64,000 nucleotides of DNA, taken from Octopus vulgaris (Eukaryota). The stretch lies in assembly GCA_951406725.2 (NCBI GenBank), contig OX597816.1:114824001-114888000 (forward strand), in the 5' to 3' direction. The notes under the pieces are model-generated. The model made no database searches and was not told the origin of the DNA. It saw only the letters and a program-made list of their open reading frames with translations. Within the stretch, counting starts at the first letter, position 1; each line of letters starts with the position of its first letter. Shown one piece after another: positions 40,085 to 54,670 of this stretch. The position numbers were made by a program, and so were the translations under genes.

Positions 40085-40622
40085 GACTATATGTATGTAT
40101 GTATGAATGTATATTTGTGTGCATATGTGTTTATGTCTATGTATTGTCACATGTGTGTGTCTACGTGAGTATGAAACCTTTGTCTTTATCATCATCTACA
40201 TGTATAAACTTTAAGGTAACTCCGCATACAAATATATTTTATGTGTGTTTAGCTAAATAAAGATGAGATAAAATATACAAATGATGCAACATAACCAAAT
40301 TTAAAGTTTGTGTATATGTGTTTATACACACACACACACACACACACACATACACACACACATGCACACATATTTACTTATAACATTATATTTATCTAAA
40401 TACTAGTTTGACTCAGGAATTTTCCTATATCAGATTAGTGCTGAAATAGGTACGTTGCTTATCACACACACACACACACACATACCTATGTTATGATTTT
40501 CTTGGTAACTAAGTTTATGTGTGTATGTTTATTTTGTTAATCATTAGATATATATGCACATATTTATATGTGTGATTATAAAATATTAAAATATAAAGTA
40601 TATGCATGCATGTTTGTATATA

Positions 40623-40666
<44 letters not shown>

Positions 40667-40789
40667 ATATACGTACATATATGTGTGTATGTGCACACAA
40701 ACACACACACACACATTGATATATATATATATATGTAGGGGGTGTATGTATGTGTGTATGTAATAAAATTGAATAAACAGTCAAAAATG

Positions 40790-40821
<32 letters not shown>

Positions 40822-41658
40822 TGTATGTATGTATGTATGTATGTGTGTGTGTGAGTGTGTGTGTTGTATATATCTATGCTTCTCTGTAAGCAAAGAAATA
40901 AGGAAAAATATCAAATTTAAAAAAAAAATTGGAAAAACAAAGGCAAAGCTAAGATAATACAGTAATAACAGAAATTTAATAAAAAAAATCATAAAAGGAA
41001 GAACAAAAATAATTCTGTGTTCCTTGTTTTAACTTAATAAATATGTAGAACATTCTCATAACGAAAGCTGTTCATTAAAAAGTTGTTAGCAATCAAATTA
41101 TTTTGAAATATCACCTCAATGAGAAATTTTAGCTTTATCTGTGAATATGATAATTGTCTTTTATTATTATTTAAAATAATTTGTTTTCTGACATTATTCC
41201 ATGATATGTATTCAAATATCAGCTATTTTGAAAATGTGTACACATGTATACTTAAAAAAAAAAAGCATAAATGCATAGAGATAAATATAGTATTTTGCAA
41301 ATATACAAATATATACATTCCTAAATACGTTCCTATGTTTAGCCTATATAGCTTAGCCATCACTTGCAAGTGAGTATAACCTGGTGGTTTGTACCATGCT
41401 TTAGTAAATGCTTTTAGGTCCCTATATAATCATGAGCAGACATAGGCACTCTCTTGTTTCCTTGTTTGGTTCAGTGAAACATTAAAGATGTGACAGGTGG
41501 AAGAAGAAAGGATACAGCAGTATTTTAATATTTAACCTTTGAACATTTAAACCGGCCATATCCAGCCAAAATATGCCTCCCGTTTTTGTGTTCAAACTGG
41601 CTTGATCTCCCACCTACCCTGGCAAAGCGCAATCTCAGGCAGTTTGCTATCAAACAGG

Positions 41659-41887
41659 TTAACCCTTTCATTACTGTATTTATTTTGAGATGCTCTGTGT
41701 TTTATTTCAATTATTTTAGATATAACAAAGAATTTATCAAAATAACTTAGTTATCGTTCAGCTAGTGTTAGGAATATAAATTGTGACTTAGGTTTGGCGG
41801 ACGATTTTAATTCAGAACTTATGAAAACAAGACATTTGTACTCAGATCCAGAGCCGGTTTCAGCCGGGTTGGTAATGAAAGGGTTAA
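41659..41887. mobile_element. piggyBac-type MITE with perfect TIR
   Basis: TTAA-CCCTTTCATTAC ... GTAATGAAAGGG-TTAA. Confidence 0.9.
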
Positions 41888-42196
41888 TCCTTCCAGAGTT
41901 AGTAATAAGATATCGGGGAAATTTTGGAATTGATATAACTGGTTATACCCCCAACTGTGAAATTTGAGGCAGTGTACCTGTTCAAAATCAGCATCCAGTA
42001 CAAGCAACATATTCACCTGGTACATTTTTGACCCTTGAAGAGGGCTAACCAATTTTGACCTCTGTTACTTTTGATCTCAAGTGTTAATATTACATGGAAC
42101 TTAACTTTTACCATATATATATTATATATATATATATATATATATGATATATATATAAACATATATACACATTCATATGCACATGCATACACACAG

Positions 42197-42525
42197 GCAC
42201 ATGGTTCAGTGATTGGAGCATTGAGCTCACAGTCATGAGGTAGTGAGTTTGATTCCCACATCGGGCTGTGTGTTGTGTTCATGTGCAAGACACTTTACTT
42301 TACGTTGCACCAGTTCACTCAGCTGTAGAAATGAGTTGCGACACCACTAGTACCAAGTTGTATCAGTTTTGCCTTTCCCTTGGACAACATCAGTGGTGTA
42401 GAGAAGGGATGCTGATATGCATGGGTGACTGCTGGTCTTCCACAAACAACCTTGCCTGGACTTGTGCCTTGGAGGGTAACTTCCTAGGTGCAATCCCATG
42501 GTCATTCATGACTGAAGGGGGTCTT
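42197..42525 (+). mobile_element. SINE family A copy
   Basis: Colinear with 575-905. Confidence 0.85.
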
Positions 42526-42674
42526 TACTCTACACATATATATATGTATGTATGTATGTATCTATGTATGTATCTATGTATGTATGTATGTATGTATGTA
42601 TATATATGTGTGTGTGTCATGTGTGTGTGTGTGAGTGTATGTTTATAGATACACATGAAATATGCTGTGCTTAA

Positions 42675-43318
42675 GAAGACTTGGAAAGCCAAATGAGACC
42701 ATAACCTTGTGGCCTATATGCATACCTATTCCTTCTTTGGACTCTAAACTCTGCTTGCGAAAACCTGTAGAGGCAAGTGTAATCGAAATCAAATTCCATG
42801 ACTGGCATCTGTGCTAGCGGGGTGCAAAGAGCACCATATGAGTGTGATCGTTGACAGAGCAGCTAACCAGCTTCTGTGCTAGTGGCACATAAAAGGTACC
42901 ATTCGAGTGTGATCGTTACCAATGTTGCCTTACTAGCACTTGTGCCCCATGCTAGTAGTGTGCTAAGAGCACCATCCGAGCATGATCGTTGCCAGAGAGG
43001 CTTACTGGCTTCTGTGCCAATGGCATGTAAAAGGCACCATTCGAGCGTGATTGTTACCAACGTCGCCTTACTGGCATTTGTGCCAGTGACATGTGTAAAA
43101 ACATTCAAGCGAGGTCGTTGCCAGTACCGCCAGTCTCATGTAAAAGCACCCACTACACTCTCGAAGTGGTTGGCATTAGGAAGGGCATCCAGCTGTAGAA
43201 ACTCTGCCAGATCAAGATTGGAGCCTGGTGCAGCCATCTGGTTCGCCAGCCCTCAGTCAAATCGTCCAACCCATGCTAGCATGGAAAGCAGACGTTAAAC
43301 AATGATGATGATGATGAT
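42675..43318 (+). mobile_element. Long family E copy with ~60-bp internal sub-repeats
   Basis: About 5 units of gtgc(c/t)a(g/a)tggcac...aa(a/g)gcaccattcgag(c/t)gtgatcgtt(a/g)cca before the (GAT)n tail. Confidence 0.8.
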
Positions 43319-44434
43319 ATAAGTGCAGGTGTGGCTGTGTGGTAAGAAGCTTGCTTTCCAACCACATGGTTCTGGTTTCATTCCCACTTCATGGTACAGT
43401 TGTTACTCGTTATTTCTGCCAGTTCATTTACAGGTTTATTCTGCTAGACTCCTGTTTTCTGAAGTATACCCTCGAGTCAAAGGACCTGTTTAACCCTTTT
43501 GGTACCAACTCACCTGGGGTTGCTCCTCATTCTATGATACATACTTGTTTTGTCACAATCTAAATTAAAATCTTCACCAAAATTGCATGCTAACGTATGT
43601 TCCAGACATCATCTTAATTAATCCGTTCTTATTTTTGCACAAGGCCAACTTAGAAGGACTGGTTTCCCAATTTCCATCGGTATATAGATTCCCCACCTTG
43701 ATGGGACACCACTCCATTGCAGGATTGCTGATTTTTGCCAGCTGAGTGGACTGGAGCAATGTGAAATGAAGAGTTTTGTTCAAGAACACAATGAACTGCC
43801 TAGTCCAGGTATCAAAACCACAATCTTAATATTATTATCATCCCACTTTTTTGATGCCCCTGCTGGATCTTTCCACCACCCTCAGGCAGAGTGGTACCGC
43901 CTACTTTGGGAACCACTGTGCTAGGACTTTATTACAGTTACCTTCTCGTGTTATACTGACACATAAGAGCTGGTGTCCCTAACCATGTGCCTCTGCAAAA
44001 ATCTTTGGCAGGTTCTCAGCTGGTATTTATTTAATTGACAGCGAAAGGATGAAAGCAAAGTCGGAATTTGAACTCAGAATGTAAAGACAGACAAAATACC
44101 ACTAAGCATTTTCTATGGCATGCTAACAATTCAGCCAGCCTACTTCCTCAAATGCCATCTTAATATTGACGAAGTTAATTCTGCTGAAGATGACTTTGCC
44201 TTTCATCCTTTCAGGGTCGATAAATTAAGTACCAGTTGTGTACTGGTGTCGATCTCCTCGACTGGTACCCTCCCCCAAAATTTCAGGCCTTGTGCCTTGG
44301 GTAAAAAAGCATATTGATGAAGTTAATTTTATTAAATTCTTCCTTATTGCAAAATTTATTGAAACAAAGACAATGTGTTTTAACGAAAGCATTAATCCTC
44401 ACGCATAGAGAGACTCATTCACATGACACTATGG

Positions 44435-44748
44435 CAGTGATTCCCAAAATTTTTCAGGCTGCTACCCACTTGGTTCTAAGGCCACATTCCTAGTACCCCC
44501 ACCCACTCCACCCCACCATCACCATCACCAAAACCATCACAGACATAGGCCATTTTCTGCAGCAAATTCAAAACAACAGTATTTCACAAATAAAACTTAA
44601 TCTAATAAGCCCTAATTTATATTATTTTTTTTACATCCATTGCCCCATTTTGATCACTCCATTATCGCCCTGTTTTTTTTATGCTCCTGCTGGATCTTTT
44701 TCTATCGCCCCCAGGCAGAGGTGGTACCGCCCACTTTGGGAACCACTG
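44435..44748. mobile_element. hAT (Charlie-like) MITE
   Basis: TIR cagtgattcccaaa ... tttgggaaccactg; TSD not clear. Confidence 0.7.
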
Positions 44749-45566
44749 TGCTTAGACTTTATTAAAGTTACCTTCTCGAGTTATACTGACTCATAAGAGC
44801 TGGTGTGCCAGTTTCTATGATGTATAAATTTTCCACCTGGACAGGATGCTGGTCTGTTGCAGGATTACTCACCTTTGACACTTAAGTGGACTGGAGCAAT
44901 GTGAAATGAAGTGATTTGCTCAAGAACACAATGCATTACCTGATCTAGGAATTGAAACCACAATCTTATGATCATGAGTCCAACACCCTAACCACTAAGC
45001 CATGTGCATCACCTCTAGGACTTTGTTGGCTCTCATCGATATATGCCTAGATGTAAACTTTCCTCTGAGCCTTGCATGTCTTAGAGAGAAGACTATCTTC
45101 TGCCTGACTAATAACTGCAGTTCTGGACAGCTATTCCCATTCTTGGCTAAAGTTCATCTGGAAGTAGGGGTCAGTGAGAGGTCACTTTATACAATCTGAA
45201 CTACAATCTCACCACTGATACAATATAATGTTTTACCTAGGACAGCCATTAATTTATAACCCCAGGAAGAATGAAAAGCAAATTTCACTTTGATTTGATT
45301 TGAGCCTAAGATGTAAAATACTGAGAGGAATTCATCTAAAGTGCTTCTATCATAACCGTTCCTCATGTCCTGGTGGTTAGAGAATTAGTTCATATAATTC
45401 ATATTTAATGAAAAAACAAAAAAAAAAATTCATATTTAAATTCATGTTATATGAAATATCATAAGAAGTATGGAAAAATTAGTTACCAAAATTTTTCATT
45501 TTGTTATTAACATGTGTGTGTATATGTATGTGCTTGTGTGCATATGTGTAAATATAAAGTATATAT

Positions 45567-45637
<71 letters not shown>

Positions 45638-45794
45638 TTCTTACATACATGTGTTTGTGTGCATATATATATAATATTCATGTATATATATATTTTTGTG
45701 TATATATATGTATCTATATCTACATCAATATATATATAGATATGTAAATATATATATGTATATATAAATATATATATGTATGTATATAGATATG

Positions 45795-45870
<76 letters not shown>

Positions 45871-47115
45871 TGCATATATGCATGTTTTGTTTTTGTTTGT
45901 TTTATTGTACTGAAATAAGATATAAGAAAATACCCTATCTTAAATAATAATCTCGAATAATGATATGGATATCAGAATATTATTATATAACATTCGGTTA
46001 TTAATTTAAAATATACAATATTTGAAAGCACTATATTTAAACACCCACACACATATGATCAAACACACACTCACACACACATATATGTATATACATATAT
46101 GTATATACATATATGTATATAAATACATATACAATATATATGTGTGTGTGTGTGCAATGTATTCATATGTGTACGTTTGTGCATATATCTTTGTGTGTGT
46201 GTAATGGTTTTTAAATTAACTTCAGTATTTTTCTATTGTTACTTCCTGGTTCTCTGGCACAGACAGAATTTCTTTTCTCCTCATCGCAGGTTCACAAATT
46301 TAAACCTACTTTGCCAGATGTATGCATTAGTTGAAGTGCTAAATGTTACTGTATTCGCAGTAAAATGCACACACATTAAGGGGAAAAGAGAAAGCAAGCA
46401 AGCAAGCAAGAAAGAAAGAAAGAAAGACAGAAGGCAAAAACCAAAAAAGGTAAAAAAAAGAGAAAAACGAATAAAAAATAAAAAATAAATGAAAAACAAA
46501 ACAAGAAATTCAAGAACTAACAAATATAAAATAAAATAAAATAAAATAAAATAGAATGCAGAAGTCAACAACTAACAAGACCAACAACAACAACAACAAC
46601 AAAAATAACAACAATTACAAACTGAACATTCTCTCAACATTTATAAGCAAAACAAAATTAACACAACAGATAAATGACAGTATTATATTTGTTGATGCCT
46701 AAAGTCTATGAGAGCAAATAAATATTCAGACATATATATTTAAAAGAAGAAATATTTACTTATGACGATGGATTTAGATTTAGCATTCTTGAGATGAATA
46801 TTTCAAATGAATTTTAAATCCAGATCAAACATTCAAAACCGAAAATTATCCAAGGGTTTATATTTTTATCTTTGTTTTGTTTTACTCTTTTTTTTTGGTT
46901 CACTTTTACTTTTTCTTTTTCTGTTTCCAATATGCTCACATTCTTAATTTTTCTTCTTCTTCAGATATTATTTCCAATGAAGATTAGAATACATATACAA
47001 ACACACACACACAAACACACACACACACATGTGCACTCACACACACATACACACTCAGATATACATACACACATAGAAACACACACACACACATATATAT
47101 ATACACTCATACATC

Positions 47116-47155
<40 letters not shown>

Positions 47156-47247
47156 GGTACTCTATATTCATACATATCTATATACATACATGCATACATA
47201 CATGCATACATAAATACATACATAAATGCATACATACATATGTATTT

Positions 47248-47281
<34 letters not shown>

Positions 47282-47464
47282 GAAAGCATATGTGTTTGTG
47301 TGAGTGTATATATATATGAAGTATATGTGCATAAGTGTTTGTGTGTGAGCATCTATATACATATGTATGTATATATGTGTGTGTCTGTGTATATATATAA
47401 ATTTATATATAAACACATATATGTATATATATGAAGTATATGCATTTCTGTGTGAGTATCTATA

Positions 47465-47520
<56 letters not shown>

Positions 47521-48180
47521 TATATATGTGTATATACATATACATGTGTGTGTGCCTGTGTGTGTATGTGGTGCATGTGTAATAAAATAAAACAACTACA
47601 AGAGAAGCAAAAATACAGAAGCAAACAATACAAGTTCTTTTTAACCTTTTATTCAGCCAGCTTCCATATCACATATCAAATTTAAATGCAATGATCCTGC
47701 TGTTCCATAATCTAATAGAGCCACTGGCATAACATCAGTGAATAATATAATAATGCAGGTTCATTTCTTTCTATTTTTATATCCATTCATCTGCCTTAAT
47801 ATCTATCTATTTATTAATATCTATCTCCATATATATATATACATTAATCTATGTATGTTTGTGCATGTGTATGACCATATCCATATCCTTATGTCTGTTT
47901 AAATCTTTCTATCTCAATCTATTATATGTATACACATGCACACATACACACATATACGTATATATATACATATGCACATACAAAGACTCACATGTACATG
48001 TAAATATGTATACACACACATATACATATAAATATGTATACACACACAATTATATAGAGGTATATATATGTATATATACAGAAATAAGTATATAAATATA
48101 CCGAAATATATATATATACAGTTATTTAGTGCTTTAACTCTTCATGTTTTAATTTATATTTCAATAATTCTATATATCTA

Positions 48181-48214
<34 letters not shown>

Positions 48215-48294
48215 CATCTATCTTTCTATCTATCTATCTATCTATCAATCAATCTATTTATCTATCTATCTATCTATCATCTATCTATCTATTG

Positions 48295-48338
<44 letters not shown>

Positions 48339-49227
48339 CTATCTATCTATCTATCTATCGATCTACCTACCTACCTACCTACCTACCTACCTACCTACCT
48401 ATCTATCTGTCTGTCTATCTATCTATCTATCTATCTATCTAAACACACATGTATGTATGTGCTCATGTATGTATTATGTATGTATGTATGTGTGTATGTA
48501 TGTATGTATCTATGCATGTATGTATGTGTGTGTATATATGCATGCATGAAGAGTTAAAGCACTAAATTACTGTATATATATATATATATATATATACATT
48601 TCGGTATATTTATATACTTATTTGTGTATATATACATATATACCTCTATATAATTGTGTGTGTGTGTGTATACATATTTATATGTATATGTGTGTGTATA
48701 CATATTTACAGAAATTTAGTGGCTTTTGGTGGCTGAAAAGAAAGTGGTATCATGTTTTTAACAAAAATTACTGAGGTAGTGAAATGCCAATATGTAAGTG
48801 TCTGTTGTACTCTTCTAATATAAGCAGTATTATTGTTGTTGCTTATCTCATTGTAAAACACTGATTCAGTGAACAAATGATGAGGGACTTTCCAGCTGTG
48901 ATGATCCAGTAAGTTCATATACCTTGGGTTACAGTAGTAAATAGTGTCCTTATTTTTAAAGTGATATGATTTAAATGATTTAGTATTTGATTGCTATTTT
49001 TATCCATATGACTGACAATAATATATATAACAGAAATGATGCTATTTACAAAATTCTCATACAGTTACCAACACGCATATCTATATCTATTTATCTATCT
49101 ATCTATATATATTTATTCATATATACATACCTATAAACATATATGTAGATATGTATATATCTATAACCATATATATGTATATATATATATGTATATCTAT
49201 GTATGTATGTATGTATGTATGTATGTA

Positions 49228-49287
<60 letters not shown>

Positions 49288-49619
49288 CATATATGTAGAT
49301 ATGTATATATATACCATATATATGTATATATATATATATGTATGATATGTATATACTATCTATAACCATATATATGTATATATATATGTATGTATGAATT
49401 ATATTGGGCTATGTATCATATATATATACAGCAAACAGACACACAGAAACACGCACAGACAAACTGCCGTTTATATAGAGAGATATTAATTAGAGACAAA
49501 ATCACTATTATGCAAATCAAACAAAGAAAGACTTAATCCAATACATAAAAAATTTTATATAAATTAAATATAATTAAGATTAATTAAGATATCCACTACG
49601 ATCGTTTCTTGTCACTTCA

Positions 49620-49812
49620 ATGTACTAATAGGAATCTAGAAGTATATAAGAAAAAACTTTATAGTTTCTTTAAAAGATATGGTTTAAGTATCACAAGATA
49701 TAAGGAGAATTCTAATGTTAATTATTTAGATGTTAATTTTAATCTATTTACAGGTAAAACACAACCATATCATAAAATTAATGAGAACCTTAGATATATA
49801 AATGTTAATAAA
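49620..49812 (+). pseudogene. PLE reverse-transcriptase fragment (Naiad/Chlamys-like)
   Basis: KKKLYSFFKRYGLSIT...VNYLDVNFNL.TG..QPYHK.NENLRYIN matches the PLE RT FK..GL.IT...VN(F/Y)LDV.F.L..G...PY.K.N....YI pattern. Confidence 0.7.
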
Positions 49813-49814
49813 TA

Positions 49815-51302
49815 ACAAACAGGTGTATTAGTTTAATGCTTGGGAAAGTGAGAAAGTCTTTAACATTTCTAACCTACACTCTTCAACAGAAAGGAACACA
49901 AGGAAATAAACGGAGAGAGAATAAAATATCTTTTAGAGCTAGGAGTCAATCGTGGTGGCTGGCTGGACAAAGGTAGTTAGACAGGAGAGCTAGGAAGAAG
50001 GGGAGATAATAAAGTATTGGTGATCCCAAAACGAATGTGCACAAGCATATATGAGAGTAAGTGTGTGTATGTGTAGATAGGGGCTGGTGACTTTGACGTG
50101 TGGATGTGTGCATGTGTGTGTGCATCCGTAATGTGTGAGTGTGTAGATGATGGTGTAGGTGCTGGGAAGTGTTCAATGCTAGTGTGTGGGGGATGGTGTG
50201 ATGTAGTGTTGTGGTGTTGGGGTATATGGATATGAGGATGAGGTGTAGGGATGTGAGGATCGGGTGTGTGTTTGGGGTGAGGATGTGAGGGTAGGTATGT
50301 GGGAGTGGGATGTGAAGGGGTGAGGTTTGGTGGTGGGGTTGGGATGTGTAGGGGTGTGGTGTGGATGGAGAGGTATCGATGAAGGGAGGAGGTGGGTAGG
50401 AGTGAAAAGAAGAAGTAGGTGTCAGGGCAAGAGAGGAGAGGTGGGTAGGAGCAAAGAGAGGAAGTAGGTGAGATGATGAGGAGAAAAGAGGGGAGTCAGA
50501 TGAAGAGGGGAGGGGAGTTGAGCCCATATGGTGCAAAGGAGCAAAGAGAGAAGATTAATTCTTGTTCACTGTGAAGGCGGGAGTCTGGATGGTCCCTGTG
50601 CAAAGACAATCCGAACAAAGGCAAGTGTTGCAATGAATGGCACAAGACTGGGGTGTCATTGCTGAGTCTAATGTCTCAGAGGTGCTCTGCGAACTGGTCG
50701 GCCAAGCAGTGTCCCGTTTGACCAATGTACAGAGAAGGACGGAAAGAGCAGGAGATGAAGTAAATGACATTGCTATAAGTGCATGTAAAGGAGTCAGTGA
50801 TATGATAGGGATTATGAGGGTCCCTGTGAGGAAGGTGATGTTGGAGAGGTAGGAGCAAGTGTGACAACTTGGGCAGGAGCAGGGAAATGAGCCAGGTTGG
50901 GAGGTGGGGTTAGGGAAGTAACTGTGGGCCATTTGTAGGTTGGTGAAGATGTGCAAAGTGGAGGGGTCAGACTGGAGTTACTGGAAGGCTCAGAGAATGG
51001 TGCATTGGAGGGGCTGGGTGGAGGTGTGGTAGGTGAAGGGAAACAGGAAATGGGTAACGGTGGGGTGGGTATGGAGAGAGAGAGAGCAGAGACATGGTCC
51101 ATTGAACGTGCTCTGGCAAGGGCAGTGTGGATAGTAGTGAGGGGATATCCATGAGAGATGAAGTGGTGAGCCATGAGTTGAGACTGAATCTCAAAGTCAT
51201 GGCTGTCACTGCAGAACCTGCAGACTTAGGAATTGGGAGTAGGGGATGAAGAACTTGGTGTGGGTAGGGTGGGAGGAGGAGAAGTTGAGGTATGAGTTGA
51301 GG

Positions 51303-51303
<1 letters not shown>
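49815..51303 (-). mobile_element. 5'-truncated Penelope-like element (Neptune-like): RT C-terminus, GIY-YIG, and 3' repeat with hammerhead remnant
   Basis: YLNFSSSHPTHTKFFIPYSQFL (RT thumb); CPSCHTC linker; FTCTYSNVIYFISCSFRPSLYIGQTGHCLADQFAEHL (GIY-YIG). 49858-49894: cttt CTGTTGA a gagt-gtag-gtta GAAA tg TT aaag. Confidence 0.88.
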
Positions 51304-51344
<41 letters not shown>

Positions 51345-51792
51345 CACACATACACACACACCACAGACATGTATGTATACATATATACATATATATATAC
51401 ATACATGTCAGAGAACCTCCCCAAATCTAGACATCAATGTCTAATCATTATCTAAGCTTAAGATAATCAATGGAATAAGACAACCAATATCAATGTAAGT
51501 GATCTCCACAAACCTTGAGTCCACAAGCACTTTCCACTTACCTAGAATGAAGGACAACTCAGAATAATGAGACTAAAGTATAAAAATTTACAAACAAGCA
51601 TATCGAATGTGTATTGCCATCATCAGCTGCCAAACTGACATTTACTATGGTTTTGATACATGGGTTGTACTATTTAAGCTGGTGGTGTTAACAGCATTAA
51701 AAACATATGCACTGCCTGGGGATCAACAGGAGAGAAATATTAGCATAACATGTCCATTATGCCAACACCTGTTTGTAAGTACAATTTATACA

Positions 51793-51859
<67 letters not shown>

Positions 51860-51962
51860 TTATATTTATTTATACATATATATATATACATACATATATA
51901 TATATATATTTATTTATATGTATACATACATACATACACACATACATACATATATATGTATA

Positions 51963-52040
<78 letters not shown>

Positions 52041-52408
52041 GAAAATGTACATTTTTGAATATTTACAGAAATTTAGTGGCTTTTGGTGGCTGAAAAGAAA
52101 GTGGTATCATGTTTTTAACAAAAATTACTGAGGTAGTGAAATGCGAAAATGTTAGTGCCTGTTGTTTGAATTATAGGACTCATAGCATAAAGATTAATTC
52201 TGGTTAAGAAAAACAGAATAGATGAAACTGAAATTTAAATTAATATATATTAATTTGAAAGAAAATGCAGTTGAGGAGAGATTTTATATTATCACAATTT
52301 TACTCACATTTCTAAATGAGAATTATTAAAAATTTATTTTCATATATTTCACATTCCACAAGTTATAGAATTAATACGTACATCAATTACTATGCAAAAG
52401 ATTACTCT

Positions 52409-52440
<32 letters not shown>

Positions 52441-52546
52441 TGTATGTATGTATGTATGTATGTATGTATGTATGTATGTATGCATGTATGTATGTATGTA
52501 TGCAAATATGTATGTATGTGTGTATGTATGTATGTATGTATGCATG

Positions 52547-52670
<124 letters not shown>

Positions 52671-52920
52671 CACTTTATTTCACGTTGCTCCAGTCCACTC
52701 AACTGGCAAAAATGAGTAATACCTGTATTTCAAGGGCCAACCTTGTCACAGTCTGTGTCATGCTGAATCTCCCTGAGAACTATGTTAAGGGTACATGTGT
52801 CAGTGGAGTGCTCAGCCACTTGCACGTGAATTTCATGAGCAGACTGTTCCACTGATCAGATCAAATGGAACCCTTGTTGTTGTAAACAATGGGGTGCTAT
52901 ATATATACATATACATATAA

Positions 52921-53290
52921 GGCGCAGGAGTGGCTGTGTGGTAAGTAGCTTGCTAACCAACCACATGGTTCCGGGTTCAGTCCCACTGCGTGGCATCTTG
53001 GGCAAGTGTCTTCTGCTATAGCCCCGGGCCGACCAATGCCTTGTGAGTGGATTTGGTAGACGGAAACTGAAAGAAGCCTGTCGTATATATGTATATATAT
53101 GTATATGTGTGTGTGTTTGTGTGTCTGTGTTTGTCCCCCTAGCATTGCTTGACAACCGATGCTGGTGTGTTTAGGTCCCTGTCACTTAGTGGTTCGGCAA
53201 AAAGAGACCGTTAGAATAAGTACTAAAAGGTGGTGCTCCAGCATGGCCGCAGTCAAATGACTGAAACAAGTAAAAGAGTAAAAGAGAGAG
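52921..53290 (+). mobile_element. SINE family B copy (near consensus)
   Basis: ggcgcaggagtggctgtgtggtaag...gtaaaagagtaaaagag. Confidence 0.9.
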
Positions 53291-53811
53291 TAATATATAT
53301 ATTAAATATATATGTGTGTGTATATGCATCTATATATGTTTATTAAATGGTGACATTGTTTTAGAAATATTGACACTGAATGGAGAGAAAATGTAGACAC
53401 CATTCAATAGAAATTTATGCATGTTTACATAACCATACATAAACATTGGCATACATGTGTACTTAAAGCTTTGAATGAGTTTATCTCTGTGTATATGTAT
53501 GAGTGTGTGTGTGCTTGTGTGTGTATTTATATCCCCATACATGTGTTTGTGTGCTTCAGAATGTGTTTAAGTGCAATTAAAATCATTTGTATAATGTATA
53601 ATTTGCTTAATTGATATTTTGATAAATCCTAGATAATGAATGCCTGATACTTGAAACTTGGTATATTTAACATGGTTTTGGCAGTCTTGTTTTTTAACCT
53701 ACCAAGTATTAGAATACTCTGTAGGGGGTTGTATTTAGGAGAACTTGGCTCTAAATATCTTCATTGGGTGTGTGGTGTTCGTATGAAATTGACATATACA
53801 TGTGTTTGCAT

Positions 53812-53923
<112 letters not shown>

Positions 53924-54477
53924 ATTCTTGTCTAATTTTCAGTCACTGAACTGTATTTTATGGGGCCCCACTTTGAAGGGTTTAGTCGATCAAATCACCC
54001 TCAGTAATCATTTTAAATTTAGTAATTATTTTATTAATCTGTTGATTGCCAGATGGCTAAGTTATATGGGTGTTAGGAAACCAAACCCTTTTTTCAAGTA
54101 GTAGGAAACAAACACAAAACACATTGACATGTGAATGAACTTGGTAGAAGGAAACTGTGCAGAAGCCTGCTGCCCAACCACATGGTTCCAGGTTCAGTCC
54201 TACTGTGTGGTATCTTAGGAAAATGTCTTCTGCTATAGTCTTAGGCCAACCAAATCCTTTTGAGTGGATTTAGTAGACAGAAACTGGAAGAAGCCCATTG
54301 TATAAGTGTGTGTGTCTTTGTGTTTGTTCTTCCACTACTGCTTGATGACTGGTGTTTGATGGAATAAGTACCAGGCTCAAAAAATATGGAACTGGGGGGT
54401 CAAGTCATTTGATTAAAATTCTAGAAGGTGGTGCTCCAGCCAGGCCACAGTCTAATGACTGAAACAAGTAAAAGATT

Positions 54478-54546
<69 letters not shown>

Positions 54547-54571
54547 TACATATACATAAATACATATATAT

Positions 54572-54617
<46 letters not shown>

Positions 54618-54635
54618 ATACATATACATAAATAC

Positions 54636-54670
<35 letters not shown>

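Noticed and set aside
48772-48790. let-7-like TGAGGTAGT (also ~52129 and in the SINE at ~42236)
   Set aside because: The match ends after 9 nt and there is no precursor hairpin.
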